Positions 16,578 through 25,331 of a DNA stretch of 40,912 nucleotides are shown piece by piece. A model generated the notes under the pieces. That model did not search any database. It was not told the origin of the DNA and saw only the letters and a list, made by a program, of their open reading frames with translations. Origin of the DNA: a virus. Its lineage: Duplodnaviria > Caudoviricetes. The first letter of the stretch is position 1. Each line of letters begins with the position of its first letter. The position numbers and the translations under genes were made by a program. The DNA is taken from positions 1 to 40,912 of IMG/VR virus record IMGVR_UViG_3300037461_000370. One strand, written 5' to 3'.

Positions 16578-18813
16578 AATTGTATTTGAACATACTAGAG
16601 CTTTAGGGGACGCAATCATGTTTTCAGCAGGGATACGTGATTTTAAATTATTGTTCCCTGTCATAGAGATTAATGCTAAGAGTAATCATCCAGATGTTTT
16701 TAAAAATAATCCTTATATTAATCCTGATCTTCGGGAAGGTGAAGGTGTTGAAAATTATAAAGTTGGTTATCCAGCTATAGGTAACGTTAATAATGCCACC
16801 ATACATTATACAAATATGTTCTTATTTGATATGATTGCCGTGGCTGATTTGCATAAACCATTACCTATGGATATCGGTACCTTTTGTTCCATATTCGCTA
16901 ACGGTAGTGTTGGGGATCCTAGCTTAGGTGATCCTGAGAAGAATACTAAAGCTAGAGAGCCATTTATATCTTTGAGGGCTAAATATAGGCATATGTGTGA
17001 GAAGTTCTCTCGCCAGCGCGGTGATATACATTTGACTGATGAAGAGAAGGCACATAACTTAATTAAAGAATTGTATGGTTTAGATAAATATTGGGTAGTG
17101 GCTCCAGGTGGTAAGAGGGATTGCACCGCAAAGATATGGGACTGGAGACAGTTCCAGAAAGTTATAGATTATTTTGAAGGTAAGATAAGATTTGTAACTA
17201 TAGGCAAATCAGACCTCCTGAATGATAAATTAGATAATGTTATTGATTTAACTGATAAGTTTAATAAAGACCTTCGTGGTCTCTTTTCACTTGTCTATCA
17301 TGCCGATGGATGTGTTTGTGGCCCATCAGCTCTACTCCATTTATCTGCATCTGTACCTCCTCGTTGGAATGATGAGCGTAAGCCTTGTGTTGCTGTATTT
17401 GGTGGCAGGGAACCTACTACATGGAGTTGGTATTGTGGTCATCAGATATTGCATACTAACGGTGTTTGGAATTGCTGTGATGATGGTGGTTGTTGGAGAG
17501 CTAGGGTTGTACCATTGCCAAAAGATCCTAAACATAATGAGAGTTTATGCGATCATACAGTAACTATAGATGGTAAGACTGTTCAAGCGTGTATGCACTC
17601 TATTACTCATAAAGATGTTATAAGAGCTATTGAGAAATACTATGAGGGTAATATCTATACGTATCTCAAGCAGGAATCTAAGAAAAGGGTTAAGGAACCA
17701 TCAATAATTGAAATACAGGAACGTAAGCCAAAACATACTATTAATATGTTAGGGAACCTGAACACTGCTGGCGGGGGAGAACAGTCGTTATGTACTATTG
17801 CTTCTTTGTTCAAGAAATCAGGATGGAACGTTAATCTCTATCCTTGGGGTTCGGTGCATGATAATTATAAGAATAACGGGTTGAAGATTATGCCTCATTC
17901 ATTCCAGGATGGTATGGTAAAAAGTATGGACATGGGTTTGCCTCTCTTATTTTACGCCAATGATTGTATATGGGATTTTGCTAAATCTGCTCATCCTCTA
18001 GTTGATAAAGTATCCTCTCTTATTATCAGCATCAATTATTGTAATGGCACTCTGCCTAAAGCAGAATGGTTAGCAAAGAGTAGGAAGGTTAAAGCTATTA
18101 TATTCCAGAATGTGGAGAAGAGGGATGAGTTTGCCAGGGATGCTGTGGGTTTTGAGGATACTGAGTTGGTAGTGTTATATGGTGCTATAGATTTGAACAG
18201 ATTTGTAGAAGTATGTGTGAATAAGAGAGGAGATAAAGATACTCTTGTTATCTTAAAACATTGTGTGCCTGATTATAGAAAATATACAACTAAGGAATCG
18301 GTGGGTAGTGGAGATAAGATACATATCTGGCAGAAGAATGTAGCTAAAGAATTAGATGTTAAGTTTTATGAGAGGTTGTTAAAAGATACGGATAATACCA
18401 GATTTGAATTCATGGAAGCACATAAGGAATTAGCTGAAGCCTTTCCTAACAATCCACGGATGATATTCCATAAGTGGGATAGTATGCCTGTAACTGAATT
18501 CTTATCACGTGGGCATATATATTTATATAGGACTTCAAATATGTGGAGAGATCAGTATCCTAGGACTGTAGCTGAAGCGTTAGCTGCTGGACTTCCTGTT
18601 CTATCGGAGCCTAGGGATGGTACTAAGGATAGAATTATACATGGTAATACAGGGTTTTACTGTATTGATTACGATGCCTACCTGTATGCCATAAAACTAT
18701 TACAACGTAAAGAGGAGTATCGGCATAAGATGGGCATGTATGCCAAAGATTGGGCCAGGGTAAACCTTGACCCAAAGAAATGGGTGGAGACAATTGAAAA
18801 CATTCTATCATAG
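16567..18813 (+). CDS. Bifunctional glycosyltransferase: GT9 (heptosyltransferase-like) + GT4-like
   Basis: N-half RALGDAIM, APGGKRDCTAKIW, VYHADGCVCGPSALLHLSA. C-half AGGGEQS and YPRTVAEALAAGLPVL...DRIIHGNTGF. Confidence 0.85.
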   Translation: MVRKIVFEHTRALGDAIMFSAGIRDFKLLFPVIEINAKSNHPDVFKNNPYINPDLREGEGVENYKVGYPAIGNVNNATIHYTNMFLFDMIAVADLHKPLPMDIGTFCSIFANGSVGDPSLGDPEKNTKAREPFISLRAKYRHMCEKFSRQRGDIHLTDEEKAHNLIKELYGLDKYWVVAPGGKRDCTAKIWDWRQFQKVIDYFEGKIRFVTIGKSDLLNDKLDNVIDLTDKFNKDLRGLFSLVYHADGCVCGPSALLHLSASVPPRWNDERKPCVAVFGGREPTTWSWYCGHQILHTNGVWNCCDDGGCWRARVVPLPKDPKHNESLCDHTVTIDGKTVQACMHSITHKDVIRAIEKYYEGNIYTYLKQESKKRVKEPSIIEIQERKPKHTINMLGNLNTAGGGEQSLCTIASLFKKSGWNVNLYPWGSVHDNYKNNGLKIMPHSFQDGMVKSMDMGLPLLFYANDCIWDFAKSAHPLVDKVSSLIISINYCNGTLPKAEWLAKSRKVKAIIFQNVEKRDEFARDAVGFEDTELVVLYGAIDLNRFVEVCVNKRGDKDTLVILKHCVPDYRKYTTKESVGSGDKIHIWQKNVAKELDVKFYERLLKDTDNTRFEFMEAHKELAEAFPNNPRMIFHKWDSMPVTEFLSRGHIYLYRTSNMWRDQYPRTVAEALAAGLPVLSEPRDGTKDRIIHGNTGFYCIDYDAYLYAIKLLQRKEEYRHKMGMYAKDWARVNLDPKKWVETIENILS

Positions 18814-20023
18814 CGGTGCAAGAGGTGACATAATCTATGCCCTGCCTACAATCAAGGTAATGGGCGGTGGTGAGCTGTATTTGGGTAAGAAGATACATTA
18901 CAACGCATTGGAAACTCTCCTTAAATCGCAGAGCTATATTACTGATGTTAAGTTAGGCAAGCCTACGGGTGAGTTCATAGATTTAGATAAGTACAGAGAA
19001 GTATATGCTAAGAATCCTGCCTGGCATCTGGTGAAATGTCATGCTGAAGGGCAAGGTATTACAGTCAATGCTGTATATCCCTGGCTTGATATAAAACCAG
19101 TTGTCTGCACCGACGTAATAATCAATAGAACTAGCCATTATCATGGTGAATTAGACTATAAATTACTTAAAGATTATAATAATACAGGATTTATAGGAAC
19201 GGATGTTGAATACAATGAATTCTGCAAGGAGTGGGGTTTTTCTCCTAAACGTATATTTTGCGGTGAAGCTTTGGAAATAGCTCAGGCTATAGCAGGGTGC
19301 AAGTTATTCGTAGGTAACCAGTCATTATGCTTTGCTCTGGCTGAAGCTATGAAGAAACCTCGTATCTTGGAAGTATGCAAGGAATTGGATAATTGCAGGC
19401 CTTATAACACTAACGGTTATACTTCGATACATAAAGCTGTATTAGATGGTTATCTTGGGCGTCCATCTCATATGTCTAACTGGATTATCATGGACAGGTT
19501 GGTTGAAGTAGTGTTGAGCCATATACCAGGATGTATCGTTGAAATAGGCATAGGTGAATCTACTGCTGTGTTAGCTAAGTGGGCTTTGATGTTTAGGCGC
19601 AGGCATTATGCTTGTGATGTATCTACAGGCAAATGGGATTGGTTTGCCAAGACTGGTCTTGTACATGAGATGATGCACAAATATCACTGCAAGTCATTCA
19701 AGTTTATGAAGCACTTCAAGGATACTCCAGCTATTGCTTTCATAGACGGCAATCATTCCTATGCTGTGGTCAGCAAGGAAGCAGAGTTCTTCCTCGAGAG
19801 ATTGGCTCCAGGCGGTATGGCGTTCTTCCATGATATGTATATACCAGATAAGATATTTAAGAAGTACCTGAAGAAGACCAGGGAATATGATACCTACAAG
19901 TGCAGGCAGGATATTGAGAAGAGGAGCGATGTGTATTCCATGTCATTCCCGTACACGGCCGCGCGTGCAGGATTGACTGTGATATTGAAGAAAGAGAAGA
20001 ACCTATCATTCCATAAACTATGA
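18794..20023 (+). CDS. GT9-like glycosyltransferase fused to class I SAM methyltransferase (Methyltransf_24-like)
   Basis: HSGARGDIIYALP...LFVGNQSLCFALAEA, then IVEIGIGES, FIDGNHSY, LAPGGMAFFHD. Likely TTG start at 18794 after GGAG (ORF track starts 18767). Confidence 0.8.
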   Translation: MKTFYHSGARGDIIYALPTIKVMGGGELYLGKKIHYNALETLLKSQSYITDVKLGKPTGEFIDLDKYREVYAKNPAWHLVKCHAEGQGITVNAVYPWLDIKPVVCTDVIINRTSHYHGELDYKLLKDYNNTGFIGTDVEYNEFCKEWGFSPKRIFCGEALEIAQAIAGCKLFVGNQSLCFALAEAMKKPRILEVCKELDNCRPYNTNGYTSIHKAVLDGYLGRPSHMSNWIIMDRLVEVVLSHIPGCIVEIGIGESTAVLAKWALMFRRRHYACDVSTGKWDWFAKTGLVHEMMHKYHCKSFKFMKHFKDTPAIAFIDGNHSYAVVSKEAEFFLERLAPGGMAFFHDMYIPDKIFKKYLKKTREYDTYKCRQDIEKRSDVYSMSFPYTAARAGLTVILKKEKNLSFHKL

Positions 20024-20706
20024 AAGAGAAGATACTACAGGAACTTAAATCTGAACAGGCTTGTTGGAATACTCTCTATTCTCAAGCCAGGAATAAATTA
20101 AAGGTATTAAATCGTGAGGTGCTATACCTGACTTCACCCGAAACCCTCTACGGCAAATACAACTACTGGGCAAGGCATAACAATATGCGTAAGTGGGAGA
20201 TGAAGCTGGGCAAGTCCCTGGCTGAACTCTATAAAGTCACTTCTATGCTTGATTTAGGTTGTGGATTAGGTTCTTATCTAGAGGGCGCTATCTCTGGAGG
20301 GACTACTGAAGTACTAGGCTATGATTTACTGCATGATACTATTGAAGAAGCTATACCAGAACTGATGAAGACTTATGTTCATACAGGCGATGTAGGAGAA
20401 CCTATGGATGTAGGTCAGTGGGATTGTGTGTTATCTGTGGAAGTGGCAGAGCATCTGGTTGAGGAACAGGCAGACATATTCATAGATAACCTTATCAAGC
20501 ATGCTACCAGGATGATTGTACTGACTGCTTCTATGGCAGGTGGCAGATATCACTTGAACAGGCAACCAAAGGAATACTGGATTGGCAAGCTGGCGTTAAA
20601 GGGTGCTAAATATTCAGTCAAGGATACCAGGAAACTCTATAAGACCTGGCGTTACAATGGTGCGCCAGGGTATATATTAAATAACCTTATGGTGTTCTTC
20701 GTATGA
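20020..20706 (+). CDS. Class I SAM-dependent methyltransferase (glycan-associated type)
   Basis: MLDLGCGLG, DCVLSVEVAEHL, HLNRQPKEYW; ATGA coupling. Confidence 0.85.
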   Translation: MKEKILQELKSEQACWNTLYSQARNKLKVLNREVLYLTSPETLYGKYNYWARHNNMRKWEMKLGKSLAELYKVTSMLDLGCGLGSYLEGAISGGTTEVLGYDLLHDTIEEAIPELMKTYVHTGDVGEPMDVGQWDCVLSVEVAEHLVEEQADIFIDNLIKHATRMIVLTASMAGGRYHLNRQPKEYWIGKLALKGAKYSVKDTRKLYKTWRYNGAPGYILNNLMVFFV

Positions 20707-21536
20707 GACTAAGAGAGATAATAAAAACAGAGTTATGGGATAAGTATTACACTCCCACTTATACCACGCTCGAGCCAGTTAAGATCAAGAAGCACTATAA
20801 GATTTCAATATGTACTACTTGTATGGATAGATTGGCACAGCTCAAGGAAACCTATATCAAGAACATAGAGGACAATATAAACTATCCTAACTTGGAGTTT
20901 GTACTACTGAACTACAACAGCAAGGATGATTTAGATACTTGGGCTATCTCAGACCTCAAGCCTTATATAGACAAGGGAATAGTTAATTACTACAAGACAG
21001 ATGAGCCTGAATATTACAGCATGTCGCACTCACGTAATATAGCATTCAAGTTAGCCAAAGGTGATATAGTCTATAACATAGACGCAGACCATTTTATCAA
21101 CCAGGGATTTGCCGAGAAATTAAACCAGTTAGCTAATCAGATGCCTGGCAAGATAATCATAGTCAAGGGACGCAGGCGAAATCGTGGGCGTATAGGGATG
21201 TTTAGGAAGGACTTCATCGAACTAGGCGGTTATGATGAAGATCTGATAGGCTATGGTTTTGATGATAAGGATTTGCTGATGAGGGCTTATCACTCAGGCT
21301 GTAAGATATTATGGACTGGTAGTGAGTATTGCACAATGGTGGATAATCATAAGCCGCACACAGGTAAAAGATATCAATATAAGAATTGGAAGTATACGCA
21401 GGAGAGGAACGCTGTGGTGTCTCTGTTGAATCTAGTTGGCGGAAGATATGTCGCCAATGAAGGCAAACGTTGGGGCAGTGCTATGGTGTCTAAGAACTTT
21501 AATTATGAAGAATTTGATAGTGGCAAATTATCGTAA
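20703..21536 (+). CDS. GT-A fold glycosyltransferase (GT2/GT7C-like)
   Basis: ISICTTCMDR, SRNIAFKLAKGDIVYNIDAD (DxD), GGYDEDLIGYGFDDKDL. Confidence 0.88.
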   Translation: MRLREIIKTELWDKYYTPTYTTLEPVKIKKHYKISICTTCMDRLAQLKETYIKNIEDNINYPNLEFVLLNYNSKDDLDTWAISDLKPYIDKGIVNYYKTDEPEYYSMSHSRNIAFKLAKGDIVYNIDADHFINQGFAEKLNQLANQMPGKIIIVKGRRRNRGRIGMFRKDFIELGGYDEDLIGYGFDDKDLLMRAYHSGCKILWTGSEYCTMVDNHKPHTGKRYQYKNWKYTQERNAVVSLLNLVGGRYVANEGKRWGSAMVSKNFNYEEFDSGKLS

Positions 21537-22281
21537 GGATGGCAAGTGTAGTTTAGATGAGTTGAAGAAGTTAATTCAGGCTCAGATAGACAATAGCCTT
21601 GATTTAGGCTGGGATAGGAAGGATTTAATTATCCTGGCTAACTTTGAAATGGAGCATAACAATGTTACTACTCAAACTGCTAATCTTAATGACAGTTGCT
21701 TTACTGGTAGCAAGATATTTGCTACCCAGGTAGTATTGAAGGATGTGGATGTGGTATGGTCGCATGACTTGGATGCGTGGCAGAACGTATGGTTTGATTG
21801 TCCTGAATTCAAGGATGTGGGTATATCATGTTACAGCAGGCCTAAGCTCAACGGAGGAAGCATATTCTGGCGCAAGTCAGCTCAGGACATGGTTGATGAG
21901 ATTGCTAATCATATAAAGTTAAATAATGAGAGTAAGGAAGAACCTACGATCAATAAAATACTTTCCCAGCCACAGTATAAGGACAGGGTCACTATACTGG
22001 ATCACACTTTTAATGTGGGCTGTTCAGGATATATACCAAGGTATCAGAGGGCAATTAAACCAATACGGGTATGCCATTTTCATCCCACCAATTCGATTGC
22101 GTGGGAGACTCACGCTTTAGATCGTAGCGGAGCTGGTATATCCATTACTCCAAGACTAGAGAAGCTGATACGTTCGTATTGGCCTAGTTTAGCTAAAGAA
22201 CTTAGCAAGCGGGGTAAGAAAAGAAGACAGGAGAGAATAGATGGAAGACTTCACAAGTCCAGCAAGAGAAGTAGAGTTTGA
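21505..22281 (+). CDS. Putative GT-A fold nucleotide-sugar transferase
   Basis: VVWSHDLDAW (DxD), LNGGSIFW, EEPTIN, ILDHTFNVG, VCHFHP (GT8/34/77-like motif order). Likely start MKNLIV at 21505. Confidence 0.65.
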   Translation: MKNLIVANYRKDGKCSLDELKKLIQAQIDNSLDLGWDRKDLIILANFEMEHNNVTTQTANLNDSCFTGSKIFATQVVLKDVDVVWSHDLDAWQNVWFDCPEFKDVGISCYSRPKLNGGSIFWRKSAQDMVDEIANHIKLNNESKEEPTINKILSQPQYKDRVTILDHTFNVGCSGYIPRYQRAIKPIRVCHFHPTNSIAWETHALDRSGAGISITPRLEKLIRSYWPSLAKELSKRGKKRRQERIDGRLHKSSKRSRV

Positions 22282-22477
22282 GGATCCGTTAGTAAAGGTT
22301 GAAGAATCATTGGATAGGAAAAAATATGAATGTATGTTATGTAAAGATGGTATTCCACATATGATGGTTACTATGTCTAAGGATGGGGAGATTCATGTTC
22401 ATGCACCATTTGAAAATCGGTATCTTATGAATCAATTTGTTGAAGCTATTATTGAGGAGCAAAAGAAGAATATATAA
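22241..22477 (+). CDS. Hypothetical protein with CxxC
   Basis: 78 aa, CMLC...PH; AGGAG RBS. Confidence 0.65.
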   Translation: MEDFTSPAREVEFEDPLVKVEESLDRKKYECMLCKDGIPHMMVTMSKDGEIHVHAPFENRYLMNQFVEAIIEEQKKNI

Positions 22478-24973
22478 ATGGCTACATGGGGAAGTGAAGT
22501 AGAAGGTACAACAGCATTATATTTGCAGAATAATGACCTTCTGGGTGGTCAATATACTTGTAACGCAACTGGCGAGGTAGCTAGAGTTTCTGCTTATTGT
22601 AAGCGCTCGACTACTGGTACTATTAATGTAAAGGCTGTTATAGTTTTGGCCTCAACTGAAGCTATAATAACTAATGGTGTATCTATGTCAACATCTGTTT
22701 CTGGGACACTACAGTGGTGGGATTTTACTTGGAGTGGGGATTCTGGGATACCTTCGGTTACTAATGCTGTGAGTTATTACTTAATGTTGATTCATGATGG
22801 TAGTGCTGGAGTTTTGTTAGATATTAAGGGTTCGACACCTACTGGTACAAGATGGGAGGATACGAGTAATAACTATGAGAATCCTACTAATCCAACAGAT
22901 GCTTCTTCAAGTAGTGGTGTAGCAATAAGTATCCATTGTGATGTAACTGAAGGTTCTAGTTCAAGTTCTAGTTCCAAAAGCAGTAGTTCTAGTTCTAAAT
23001 CATCATCTAGTTCTAAATCATCCAGTTCGAGCTCGAGTTCTAGGAGCAGTTCGTCTTCATCGCGTTCTTCTTCTAGTTCTTCGAGCTCTTCTTCCCAATC
23101 AAGTTCTTCTAGCAGTAGCAGTCAATCCTCAAGTTCAAGCAGTTCGAGTTCATCTAAATCAAGTAGTTCGTCTTCATCATCTTCTTCTAGGAGCAGTAGT
23201 TCCAGTAAATCTTCTTCCTCTTCAAGTTCTAAGTCATCATCCAGTTCATCTAAATCATCTAGTTCCAGTAAATCATCTTCATCTAGTTCCAGTAGATCGT
23301 CTTCATCTTCATCTAAATCTAGTTCTTCATCTAGTTCATCAAGGTCATCGAGTAGTAGGAGTTCTAGTTCATCAAGTAGCTCAAGTAAATCATCATCATC
23401 ATCCAGTAGTAAATCATCCTCATCGAGTTCAAGTAGTAGAAGTTCCAGTTCTTCATCTTCAAGTAGTAGTCAATCATCATCAAGCAGTAAATCTTCATCG
23501 AGTTCAAGTAGTTCTAAATCAAGCAGTTCTTCTAGTTCTAAGTCATCATCAAGTTCTAGTTCTAGAAGTTCAAGTAGTTCTAAATCATCTAGTAGCTCAA
23601 GTAAATCGTCTTCATCTTCATCATCTAAATCATCATCATCATCAAGTAGCAGAAGCTCTAGTTCATCATCATCATCTGAGAGTAGTTCATCTTCTAAATC
23701 AAGCAGTAGTTCCTCTTCTAGAAGTTCATCAAGTTCTTCAAGTAAATCCAGTTCAAGCAGTTCCAGTAGTTCCAGCAAATCAAGCTCATCGAGTTCAAGA
23801 AGTTCATCATCAAGTAGATCTAGTTCATCATCATCTACTAGGTCTTCATCTTCATCAAGTAGGTCTAGTTCAAGTTCATCTAAATCAAGTTCAAGCAGTA
23901 AATCATCTTCTTCTAGTTCCAGTAGTTCTAGTAAATCAAGTTCATCAAGTTCATCAAGTTCTTCAAAATCTAGTTCGAGTAGTAGTAGGTCTTCATCAAG
24001 TTCATCTAGCAAATCATCATCATCATCATCTTCTTCTTCTTCGAGGAGTTCAAGTTCATCTAGCAAATCAAGTTCTAGTTCTAGTTCAAGGTCTTCAAGT
24101 TCGAGTTCTCGTTCATCTTCATCAAGTTCATCTAGTAAGTCGTCTTCATCATCATCATCCAAGAGTTCCAGTTCTTCGAGTAAATCTAGTTCTAGTTCGT
24201 CAAGTTCATCTAGCAAATCAAGTTCATCTAGTTCTAGAAGTTCATCGAGTAGTTCAAAGAGTTCTAGTAGTTCAAGCTCAAAGTCATCTTCGAGTTCAAG
24301 TTCATCTAGTAAGTCCAGTTCTAGTTCAAGTTCAAAGAGTAGTTCATCTAGTTCCAGTAGTTCAAAGTCATCTTCGAGTTCAAGTTCAAGGAGCAGTTCA
24401 TCTAGTTCAAGCTCGCGTTCCTCAAGTAGTTCATCGTCATCTAGTTCTAGGTCATCGTCATCCAGTTCTAGTAGGTCTAGTTCGAGTTCTAAATCTAGTT
24501 CAAGCTCAAGTTCAAAATCTTCTAGTAGCTCAAAATCAAGTTCAAGTTCATCTTCATCTTCCAGTAAATCATCTAGCTCTAGTTCCAGTAAATCATCTAG
24601 CTCTAGTTCCAGTAAATCTAGTTCTAGTTCCAGTTCACGTAGTAGTTCAAGTTCTAGTTCAGTAAGTTCATCAAGTTCATCAAGCAGAAGTTCATCGTCA
24701 AGTTCTAGGAGTAGTAGTTCAAGTTCTTCAAGGAGTTCAAGTTCATCTAGCAGTTCTAGCAGATCGTCTAGTTCATCGGTAAGTTCATCAAGTTCATCTA
24801 GGAGTAGTTCAGCTAGCAGTTCAAGCAGTATACAAGGAGGACCCTGCACTACATATATTGTTTATCAGAATGATAGGTTAGAGTTTTGGGTGAAAGGTAT
24901 GGAAGTAGCTAGATTTAATCAGGATGGTTCTGTTAATATAAATGGTCCTTTGACAGATAACGTTGGATTTTAG
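22478..24973 (+). CDS. Poly-serine protein 2 (831 aa): globular N-domain, Ser tract, fibre-like C-terminus
   Basis: About 159-aa beta-rich head, 625 codons of Ser/K/R (22955-24829), C-terminal DRLEFWVKGMEVARFNQDGSVNING resembling fibre beta-repeats. Confidence 0.85.
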   Translation: MATWGSEVEGTTALYLQNNDLLGGQYTCNATGEVARVSAYCKRSTTGTINVKAVIVLASTEAIITNGVSMSTSVSGTLQWWDFTWSGDSGIPSVTNAVSYYLMLIHDGSAGVLLDIKGSTPTGTRWEDTSNNYENPTNPTDASSSSGVAISIHCDVTEGSSSSSSSKSSSSSSKSSSSSKSSSSSSSSRSSSSSSRSSSSSSSSSSQSSSSSSSSQSSSSSSSSSSKSSSSSSSSSSRSSSSSKSSSSSSSKSSSSSSKSSSSSKSSSSSSSRSSSSSSKSSSSSSSSRSSSSRSSSSSSSSSKSSSSSSSKSSSSSSSSRSSSSSSSSSSQSSSSSKSSSSSSSSKSSSSSSSKSSSSSSSRSSSSSKSSSSSSKSSSSSSSKSSSSSSSRSSSSSSSSESSSSSKSSSSSSSRSSSSSSSKSSSSSSSSSSKSSSSSSRSSSSSRSSSSSSTRSSSSSSRSSSSSSKSSSSSKSSSSSSSSSSKSSSSSSSSSSKSSSSSSRSSSSSSSKSSSSSSSSSSRSSSSSSKSSSSSSSRSSSSSSRSSSSSSSSKSSSSSSSKSSSSSSKSSSSSSSSSSKSSSSSSRSSSSSSKSSSSSSSKSSSSSSSSSKSSSSSSSKSSSSSSSSSKSSSSSSSRSSSSSSSSRSSSSSSSSSSRSSSSSSSRSSSSSKSSSSSSSKSSSSSKSSSSSSSSSSKSSSSSSSKSSSSSSSKSSSSSSSRSSSSSSSVSSSSSSSRSSSSSSRSSSSSSSRSSSSSSSSSRSSSSSVSSSSSSRSSSASSSSSIQGGPCTTYIVYQNDRLEFWVKGMEVARFNQDGSVNINGPLTDNVGF

Positions 24974-24982
24974 GAGATTTCT

Positions 24983-25192
24983 ATGGAATATCTTATTGGC
25001 GGTGGAATATTAGGGTTAACATTAGTATTGATGGGAATTAATATGAAAAGTAATGCAAAATTTCAGCAAGATGTTGAATACAAATATGTCACTAAGGAAA
25101 TGTGTGCTGTGTTGCATAAACAGACAGCAGATGATTTGTCAGAAATTAAATCAGACGTAAAAGAACTATTGAGACAAAATGGTAAACGCTAA
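24983..25192 (+). CDS. Holin-like membrane protein (1 TM + coiled coil)
   Basis: YLIGGGILGLTLVLMGI TM followed by YVTKEMC...LSEIKSDVKELL. Confidence 0.5.
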   Translation: MEYLIGGGILGLTLVLMGINMKSNAKFQQDVEYKYVTKEMCAVLHKQTADDLSEIKSDVKELLRQNGKR

Positions 25193-25331
25193 ATATAGAA
25201 TTGATATTATATGTCCGAATTGTAAACATCACACTGTGCAAGTTAAGAAGAAGATTACCAAATATAATAAACCTGTTTGGGTTTGTAGAGAATGTAGTAT
25301 TATAGTCTTGGAGGAGAAGAATGGAAAATGA
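25179..25331 (+). CDS. Small Zn-ribbon protein (50 aa)
   Basis: Manually translated MVNAKYRIDIICPNCKHHTVQVKKKITKYNKPVWVCRECSIIVLEEKNGK; overlaps both neighbours. Confidence 0.6.
   Translation: MVNAKYRIDIICPNCKHHTVQVKKKITKYNKPVWVCRECSIIVLEEKNGK

Noticed and set aside
16567-22281. GT cluster as host LPS locus or DNA-hypermodification system
   Set aside because: Embedded in a late virion operon; no wzx/wzy, sugar-synthesis or base-hydroxymethylase genes in the window. Disfavoured but not formally excluded.
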